From: a virus
Length of the DNA: 23,003 nt
IMG/VR virus record: IMGVR_UViG_3300025289_000122
Strand: one strand, 5' to 3'
Each line of letters opens with the position of its first letter. Positions within the stretch are counted from its first letter, which is position 1. The translations under genes and the position numbers were made by a program. Positions 17,803-23,003 of the stretch are shown in pieces. The notes under the pieces were generated by a model, which was given only the letters and a program-made list of their open reading frames with translations, searched no databases and was not told the origin of the DNA.

Positions 17803-17850
17803 GGATCTAAGTGGTGGGGGCGCTAGTACAGGTCCTCACCATTTCCTTTT
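17799..17850 (+). terminator. Terminator-like hairpin with a competing alternative helix
   Basis: 17809-17820 pairs with 17833-17844 (12 bp, 3 G-U) and is followed by CCTTTT. Alternatively 17799-17808 pairs with 17830-17839 (10 bp). Confidence 0.45.
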
Positions 17851-17875
17851 CCACATTCATATGGAGGACTACACA

Positions 17876-17941
17876 ATGCGCTTGATTGATTGGATTCTCA
17901 AGATCATATCACTATCTGGCTATACAATTAGAGGGATCTAA
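17876..17941 (+). CDS. 21-aa amphipathic peptide (not in ORF track)
   Basis: GGAGG RBS then MRLIDWILKIISLSGYTIRGI*. The stop lies 2 nt before the next ATG. Confidence 0.55.
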   Translation: MRLIDWILKIISLSGYTIRGI

Positions 17942-17943
17942 TC

Positions 17944-18225
17944 ATGATCGTAAAACGTGAGGAATCCGCACAATATTCCATATTCCCATCAGAACACAAG
18001 CCACTTTACAAGAATTGTAAAACATGTTCCCGGCTTGTACCTGATGGGAAATGTGAGTATTGTGGAGTAAATGAGTACAGAACATCAACGCCTTGGGAAA
18101 GGATCAAACTCTATAATGCCCTTCACAAAAAGAGTAGAGGAAAGAAGGAGGAATCCGAACGGGAACATATCCAAAATGTAATCAAGAGGCTCCAGAAGTT
18201 ATATAAAAGTGCGAGCGGGGGGTAG
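17944..18225 (+). CDS. Zinc-ribbon protein
   Basis: CKTCSRLVPDGKCEYCG (CxxC-x8-CxxC) with a basic helical C-terminus. Confidence 0.65.
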   Translation: MIVKREESAQYSIFPSEHKPLYKNCKTCSRLVPDGKCEYCGVNEYRTSTPWERIKLYNALHKKSRGKKEESEREHIQNVIKRLQKLYKSASGG

Positions 18226-18249
18226 TTCTGGTGGACCAGTACTAGTACT

Positions 18250-18399
18250 CCTAGCTCGCCGGCCCCGATCGGCCTTGCGCGCTGACTTTTATATGCTTCC
18301 GTTATATGTTTATTAAAAAAAAAAAAAAAAAAAAAAAAGAATAAGAGATAAGAGAAAGAAAGACAGGATCGCGGGCTCGATGGGCCGGGCCGACCTAGG
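18250..18399. repeat. GC-rich imperfect inverted repeat enclosing an A24 tract
   Basis: CCTAGCTCGCCGGCCCCGATCGGCCTTGCG (from 18250) versus CGCGGGCTCGATGGGCCGGGCCGACCTAGG (18370-18399). 24 consecutive A at 18315-18338. Confidence 0.65.
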
Positions 18400-18478
18400 C
18401 GTAGTGGTGGAGGAGGAGAAGGGGTACCCTCGGAGTGTTTTATAGTAATATAGTATATGAATATACATGTATAAATAC

Positions 18479-18533
18479 TGTGAGTCTCTGGGTAATACCC
18501 AGACTGATGAGGCTTAGTAAGCCGAAACTCACA
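18479..18533 (+). ncRNA. Hammerhead ribozyme, type III topology
   Basis: Stem III TGTGAG/CTCACA, GUC cleavage triplet (cut after C18486), stem I TCTGGG-TAATA-CCCAGA, core CTGATGA (18504-18510), stem II GGCTT-AGT-AAGCC, core GAAA (18524-18527). All conserved core nucleotides are present. Confidence 0.92.
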
Positions 18534-18663
18534 CTTTTTCTAGGGGGATGTATGACAATCGTGGATAGGAAGAAGCCAGAAGATGATAGTTGAGATGGTA
18601 TCTCCAGAAGTATAAATATCAACCCCGGCCACCGGGCGCAGGGTAGTAGGGGGAACGAGACAC

Positions 18664-18692
18664 TTGACTTCCGGGCGGCCCCATGCTATATT
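18664..18692 (+). promoter_or_regulatory. Strong sigma70-type promoter P2 with extended -10
   Basis: TTGACT-17 nt-TATATT with TG at the extended -10 position. Confidence 0.8.
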
Positions 18693-18725
18693 GGGGTCAG
18701 TTGGTAGAGGGGACTCAGAAAGGAT

Positions 18726-18875
18726 ATGAAAATGCAAGAGCTGAAAAAGAATCGGAAAATCAAGTCTACTCGCAACATTCCCCTTATCAGAATGGAGGAT
18801 GATGACGTAAGAGCTTTTCTACTCAAAGGTTGGAGAGTCCGCAGTCGTAAGTTAGGCATTCGGGTAAGTGCCTAA
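18726..18875 (+). CDS. Small basic protein, 49 aa (not in ORF track)
   Basis: AAGGA RBS, MKMQELKKNRKIKSTRNIPLIRMEDDDVRAFLLKGWRVRSRKLGIRVSA. First ORF after P2. Confidence 0.6.
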   Translation: MKMQELKKNRKIKSTRNIPLIRMEDDDVRAFLLKGWRVRSRKLGIRVSA

Positions 18876-18877
18876 CT
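18850..18877 (+). other. 11-bp hairpin without a U-tract
   Basis: AGTTAGGCATT-CGGGTA-AGTGCCTAACT covering the stop codon of the 49-aa ORF. Confidence 0.5.
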
Positions 18878-18901
18878 AAAACAATCCACAAGAGGTGCAA
18901 A

Positions 18902-19387
18902 ATGTCTATCAAGTTGGTGAAGTGGGCGTCGAAGATCAAGTTTTCGCGTGGTCCTTCTGATGCTACCCAGTATTCTGCTGGTGGGGCAGAAGGTGAGGAA
19001 GTTGAAGTCCCTCAGATTGACGAAACATTGTCAGTCAATGACTTCAATCAGGCGTTGGTGAATCTGATTGGTTCGGAGGATGAAACCAAAAAGATCATCA
19101 ATAAGAATGTCCTTGGACTTCCTGCTATTCGTGAGGGACAAACAAAGTTCAAGGGTTCTTGGAAAAAGTCTTCTGTTATGGATCTTACAGAAGCCACAAA
19201 GGCGGCGATTCAGGCAGTAAGGGAGTATGTTCCTACTCTCTCGAAGGAACGCGGAGCGGTTGTTGCAGAAGCTTTCTCTAAGGCTGCAAAGATGGATGCT
19301 CTTACTGCTGCGCGTGAGAAGGTTGCAGCGGGAGAGATGGAATGGGATGATTTCCAGAAGATGTTAGAGGAAGCTTTCGCGGCATAA
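18902..19387 (+). CDS. Early hypothetical protein, 161 aa
   Basis: GAGG RBS, Ala/Glu/Lys-rich helical C-terminus, higher GC than the late genes. Confidence 0.75.
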   Translation: MSIKLVKWASKIKFSRGPSDATQYSAGGAEGEEVEVPQIDETLSVNDFNQALVNLIGSEDETKKIINKNVLGLPAIREGQTKFKGSWKKSSVMDLTEATKAAIQAVREYVPTLSKERGAVVAEAFSKAAKMDALTAAREKVAAGEMEWDDFQKMLEEAFAA

Positions 19388-19397
19388 GGTTTTTAGT

Positions 19398-19486
19398 GGT
19401 CTAATTCCAGGATTGAGGAAGATCCAATCTGAGGTGGAATGTATGCGATGATGCATACACTAGGGTTCGATTCCCTAGTTAGACCA
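19398..19486 (+). ncRNA. tRNA-like RNA 1 (non-canonical)
   Basis: Acceptor GGTCTAA/TTAGACC plus discriminator A. T-arm CTAGGG-TTCGATT-CCCTAG. Two other arms: TTCCA..TGGAA with inner GGATTG/CAATCT, and TGTATGC/GCATACA. No canonical anticodon loop. Confidence 0.6.
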
Positions 19487-19532
19487 TAGATAGCTAAATA
19501 GAACGTACTTAGAAGCAACCCGTTAGCTACGT

Positions 19533-19651
19533 GGTCTAGGTCTGGGACAGTTTATTAGGTTACTAGTAAACTTGGACTACTAGGTATTTATAAAGGTTAC
19601 CGCCGATATGGGTAACGCCTAGTATCAGAGTTCAAATCTCTGGCTAGATCA
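19533..19651 (+). ncRNA. tRNA-like RNA 2 (non-canonical)
   Basis: Acceptor GGTCTAG/CTAGATC plus discriminator A. T-arm TCAGAG-TTCAAAT-CTCTGG. Arm 1 GTCTG..TGGAC with inner 10-bp AGTTTATTAG/CTAGTAAACT. Arm 2 TACTAGG/CCTAGTA with inner GTTACC/GGTAAC. Confidence 0.6.
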
Positions 19652-19740
19652 TTTTTCACTGGAGATGTTCCATGTACACAAAGAGCTTTTTCTGCTCTGG
19701 AACAATTCTCTTGTGATAGAAATCCAATAACCAGTGAGGA

Positions 19741-19950
19741 ATGAAAATGAAAACCAAGGGTAGGTTCTATGTCTTATATGATCTCGATAAGGGATATATT
19801 GGTGATTGGGGTACAACCACAAAAGATGTTATCTATGCTACAAAGTTCTCCTCTCTCCGTGCAGCTAAGTCTTTTAGACAACGTTATACTAGCAAAAGAT
19901 CAACGAGAATTTATCGTATAAATTATGTTTTTAATCGTGGGATGATGTAG
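19741..19950 (+). CDS. Small basic hypothetical protein
   Basis: 69 aa. RBS spacing (GAGGA) favours the second ATG at 19747. Confidence 0.6.
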   Translation: MKMKTKGRFYVLYDLDKGYIGDWGTTTKDVIYATKFSSLRAAKSFRQRYTSKRSTRIYRINYVFNRGMM

Positions 19951-19955
19951 CATGA

Positions 19956-20039
19956 GCCCTCATGGCGGAATTGGTATACGCAGCAGACTTAAAATCTGCA
20001 TCTCGAAAGAGAATAAGGGTTCGAGTCCCTTTGAGGGCA
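19956..20039 (+). tRNA. tRNA-Leu (anticodon TAA), CCA not encoded
   Basis: Acceptor GCCCTCA/TGAGGGC plus A, D-loop AATTGGTA, anticodon arm GCAGA-CTTAAAA-TCTGC, long variable arm TCTC-GAAA-GAGA, T-arm AAGGG-TTCGAGT-CCCTT. Confidence 0.95.
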
Positions 20040-20066
20040 TTTTAAATTCTTTAACAGGAGTTGAAA

Positions 20067-20252
20067 GTGAGAACATGTAAAGTAACATTCAGAAAGAGGA
20101 TAGCTGATAGTGGGAGTAAACAATTTGCATGGCCAGTGATAGGAAAAGCATTCATAGATGTACAAGAGAACGAGAAGTTGAAGATTGATATAAAACTAGA
20201 CGCGATTCCTATAGGTTGGGATGGAAGGTTAACATTGTTTGAAGATGAATAA
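20067..20252 (+). CDS. Small beta-barrel protein, possibly ssDNA-binding
   Basis: GTG 20067 has better spacing to AGGAG than TTG 20061. WPVIGKAF..IDIKLDAIPIGWDGRLTLF is a pattern I recall from small phage and plasmid proteins. Confidence 0.5.
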   Translation: MRTCKVTFRKRIADSGSKQFAWPVIGKAFIDVQENEKLKIDIKLDAIPIGWDGRLTLFEDE

Positions 20253-20264
20253 ATTGGAGGAAAA

Positions 20265-20870
20265 ATGACAGACTACATTCACCCCACCAGATTTAGAGAT
20301 GAGCTAGAAGAACAAATAAATAAGTGGGCTAATAGTATTGCCCATGAATACAAGATTTATCAGAATACATTTCGTATCAATCTAATAAACCCTGAACCTA
20401 GAATGTACCCAGTAATATCTAGGATAACAAATGGGGCTGTTGTACAGATAGCTCTAACAATACCTTGGGTAGATAAGAATAAGGATGTAGGAGAAGCATT
20501 ATTATCATCTATTAGAGTTTTGAAGAAGGCAGTTAGAAGTATATTCAGGTACCTATCCCTCCCAAAAATTAACAATGATGATGAGCTATTCAATCCTCTC
20601 ATAATCTCAGACAAAGTACATGAATATATCAGGGGAGAGAAAGGAACATTTACATGGAAAGTAAGTGCATATAATCCACATAACATCAAGAGACGCGATT
20701 TCAAAATCTCAGTACACCGTGAGGTAAAAGTAGTTGTTATACACAAAGAAACAAAAACTTCATATGCAATAGTTGATACAAACAATCGACCAGAGTATGA
20801 TTTAATTAGAGAAGCACTTGAAAAGTGCATTGAGAATATTGAAATTAATGTGGAGAAAACAGATGTTTAA
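20265..20870 (+). CDS. Hypothetical protein, 201 aa
   Basis: GGAGG RBS. The stop overlaps the helicase start. Confidence 0.7.
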   Translation: MTDYIHPTRFRDELEEQINKWANSIAHEYKIYQNTFRINLINPEPRMYPVISRITNGAVVQIALTIPWVDKNKDVGEALLSSIRVLKKAVRSIFRYLSLPKINNDDELFNPLIISDKVHEYIRGEKGTFTWKVSAYNPHNIKRRDFKISVHREVKVVVIHKETKTSYAIVDTNNRPEYDLIREALEKCIENIEINVEKTDV

Positions 20871-23003
20871 TAAATATATTGAATCATTGAAGAAAAAGAA
20901 CGAGCCCAAATATAACCCCCTTCAGTTACTATCGGAGAATCCACATCCTTTAATTGAGGAAGAAGTATTATTTGAAGAAGCAGAATTACTAAAGAAACTA
21001 ACAGAGATCCAAGAGAAGAAGAAAGAGATCAAGAGGATCAAGGAAGAGAAAGAGAAAGAGGAATTAAGGAAGAAACCAGAAGTAATCAAGTTTCAATCAT
21101 TCAATTATGGTAACATTACATTCATTCTTGAGCATGGCAATCCAATTGTTGTTGATATAATCAATAATTACAATTATATCAATAGCAATATATCAACAAT
21201 TCATATTGATAAATTTGATGAGTTTGTAAAAGAGATAAATGACGCACTCCCAAATACTAAGTGGATCAACTTCGATCCCATCTATCAACCGTATTGGAAG
21301 ATAGCTAAGAGAGACAAGAATCTTATCCTTCAATGGAATCCCATTACCAATCCAAGTGGATACTTTAAGAGATTCGAGAATAATGAGAATAAAGAGAACT
21401 CTAGTACAATCCCCGGAATCCTATTGAGGAATAAGTATTATGAAGTACCCTTCAGTGAAGGTTGGAGGTTGTATCTCATTCATCCAGAGGAAAAGTCTAA
21501 GTTGTGTGAATGGTCAGAGGGATTGATAGAGATAGTAAAGAAGGAATTTGAGAAGAGACTTAGGGTATCAACTATTCATGATGCAGAAGATAGTGAGGTA
21601 GATTTTATATTTGAGAACTTTCCAGATTTCCACCTACGTCCACATCAAAGAGTAGCGTTAGAATTTTCAGATTTAGTAGATCACAGAACAATCGTTGCAT
21701 ATGGTACTGGTACAGGAAAGACGGCTATTAGTATAGCTGATGCAATTAGATCAGGAGCAGAAAGAATCCTTTTCGTTGTTCCTGGATCAGTAAGAGCAAA
21801 TTGGCGGAAACATCTTATCAACCATACTGGTGTAGAACCTATTATCCTAGCAGGTAGAACACCAACTAAAGAAGATTTAAAATACTTGATGACCAATCAT
21901 CCGAAATATGTGATGATTAATTATGAGATCCTGCGAACTAAGATGAAGGTTGACAATACCAAGGATGATATATTCAAATCAAACGAACGTTATCCTTGGG
22001 TTGATATATTGAATCTTTATCGTCCAGATTATATTGTAGTAGATGAATCACACTATGTTAGGAATCCAACATCACAACAGTCTAAGGCACTACGCCAGTT
22101 GGGGAATAAAGATACAATGAAGATGGCAATGTCAGGTACTCCAATTATGAATAGGCCGGGAGAATTGTGGTCTGTTCTAAATTGGTTACATCCTGAGACA
22201 TTCCCATATTATGAAACATTCCTTAACCAATATGGCTTTGGTCGTAGTATTGGTTCGTATGAAGCTAAGAAGTTGCGTAGTCTGTTAGAGACTATCATGA
22301 TTAAGAGAATGAGGCAAGATATTAGTAAGAATCTACCTCCCATCAATCGGATTGTAGAGACATTCGAGATGGGAGAGAAAGCACGTAGAATATACGATAG
22401 GATTCTAGAAGGTATTTATGAAGAATTTGCAGCATATGACTCCCAAGGTGTAGGTGGTTGGATAAAGCAATATAGATCCATCCTCCCGAAGATTAATGCT
22501 ATGATTAAGGTATGTGCAGCCGATAAGGTAGATCATACCGTTGAGAGAGCAGTAGAGATCGCAGATTCAATAGAAGAAGAAAAGTGGAATGGGATTCTCA
22601 TATTCACGAAATTCAGAGGAACAGCTAATACTATAGCACGAAAGTTAGGTAATGAAGCCATTACATTCGTGACTAGGACTGATGGTGGTTTTATCACGAT
22701 GAAAATGGAAGATAGAATGAAGGTTGTGGAACAATTCCATAGTGATCCAAGCATTAGATTCTTAGTTGCTACAGAAGGTAGTGCTAGGGAAGGATTGGAT
22801 ATAACTAAAGCTGGTGTAGTTATGTTCAATGATCTATTTTGGAATCCTGCTGCTCATATTCAATGTGAGGGTAGAGCATTCTATCGTGAATCTGATATGC
22901 ACGGTGGAGATTCTATGTACCTCACTATGAATGATTCTATTGAGGAATGGATCACCGAATTGCAAGGGATAAAGCAGAATACAATTGACAAGGTTGTTGA
23001 AGG
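20863..23003 (+). CDS. SNF2-family (SF2) helicase/ATPase, partial (runs off the window; absent from ORF track)
   Basis: Hand-translated open frame of 713 codons from ATG 20863. LRPHQ, motif I VAYGTGTGKT, Ia ILFVVPGSVRANW, II VVDESH, III MSGTPIMNRPGELW, IV ILIFTKF, V FLVATEGSAREGLDI, VI WNPAAHIQCEGRA. Confidence 0.9.
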   Translation, partial: MFNKYIESLKKKNEPKYNPLQLLSENPHPLIEEEVLFEEAELLKKLTEIQEKKKEIKRIKEEKEKEELRKKPEVIKFQSFNYGNITFILEHGNPIVVDIINNYNYINSNISTIHIDKFDEFVKEINDALPNTKWINFDPIYQPYWKIAKRDKNLILQWNPITNPSGYFKRFENNENKENSSTIPGILLRNKYYEVPFSEGWRLYLIHPEEKSKLCEWSEGLIEIVKKEFEKRLRVSTIHDAEDSEVDFIFENFPDFHLRPHQRVALEFSDLVDHRTIVAYGTGTGKTAISIADAIRSGAERILFVVPGSVRANWRKHLINHTGVEPIILAGRTPTKEDLKYLMTNHPKYVMINYEILRTKMKVDNTKDDIFKSNERYPWVDILNLYRPDYIVVDESHYVRNPTSQQSKALRQLGNKDTMKMAMSGTPIMNRPGELWSVLNWLHPETFPYYETFLNQYGFGRSIGSYEAKKLRSLLETIMIKRMRQDISKNLPPINRIVETFEMGEKARRIYDRILEGIYEEFAAYDSQGVGGWIKQYRSILPKINAMIKVCAADKVDHTVERAVEIADSIEEEKWNGILIFTKFRGTANTIARKLGNEAITFVTRTDGGFITMKMEDRMKVVEQFHSDPSIRFLVATEGSAREGLDITKAGVVMFNDLFWNPAAHIQCEGRAFYRESDMHGGDSMYLTMNDSIEEWITELQGIKQNTIDKVVE

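Noticed and set aside
18440-18737. Minus-strand ORFs 18440-18622 and 18540-18737
   Set aside because: They are antisense to the hammerhead and promoter P2 in a plus-strand region and lack RBSs.
19487-19532. Possible pistol, hairpin or theta (HDV-like) ribozyme next to the tRNA-like RNAs (TAAATAG and AGAAGCAACC fragments)
   Set aside because: I could not build the required pseudoknots or loop-B partner strands by hand. An Infernal search would settle it.
19398-19651. Reading the tRNA-like elements as tRNA-Sec, suppressor tRNA or tmRNA
   Set aside because: No UCA/CUA anticodon in a 7-nt loop, element 2 has a G-G mismatch at the eighth acceptor pair, there is no G3-U70 alanine determinant, and there is no tag ORF or pseudoknot region.
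19672-19716. 14-codon ORF MYTKSFFCSGTILL with a GGAG RBS
   Set aside because: Too short to support, and it coincides with a small hairpin (AGAGC/GCTCT) that could equally explain the sequence.
20710-20830. Resemblance of VKVVVIHKETKTS..LIREALEK to the release-factor VRITHxPTG segment
   Set aside because: No GGQ motif, and the similarity is too weak to call.
2905-22829. Shadow ORFs in the track: 2905-3120, 5724-5942, 7983-8183, 8047-8385, 14006-14482, 14281-14544, 16029-16253, 16102-16302, 20360-20830, 21681-21896, 22533-22829
   Set aside because: They are antisense or alternate-frame to well-supported genes, lack convincing RBSs and have no recognisable motifs.
1-23003. Stop-codon reassignment (alternative genetic code)
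   Set aside because: Long genes are intact under the standard code, and TAA, TAG and TGA all appear at well-coupled gene ends.
1-23003. Integrase, transposase, intron/intein or diversity-generating retroelement
   Set aside because: No recognisable catalytic motifs, interrupted genes or template/variable repeat pairs were seen in this window.

Overview
This is a fragment of a tailed dsDNA phage genome (Caudoviricetes; podovirus-like head and neck genes; roughly 35% GC by eye) with two divergent arms. Positions 1-17227 (minus strand) form one tightly coupled late operon: a cassette of virion-like beta proteins, small and large terminase, a glycosyltransferase-methyltransferase fusion, a secreted Fn3-like protein, portal, scaffold, major capsid, decoration proteins, adaptor and tail-associated proteins. 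Positions 17500-23003 (plus strand) form an early region with two sigma70-type promoters, small genes, tRNA-Leu(TAA) and a SNF2-family helicase that runs off the window and is missing from the ORF track. The most unusual content is non-coding and lies in 17230-19660: a complete type III hammerhead ribozyme (18479-18533), a GC-rich clamp around a 24-nt poly(A) tract just upstream of it, two tandem tRNA-like RNAs with acceptor stem and T-arm but no normal D or anticodon arm (19398-19486, 19533-19651), phased 11-bp and 12-bp repeat arrays, a repeated GGTACCC motif, and a candidate translation-coupled attenuator. All structures were folded by hand and no database search was run, so family assignments rest on remembered motifs and gene order.
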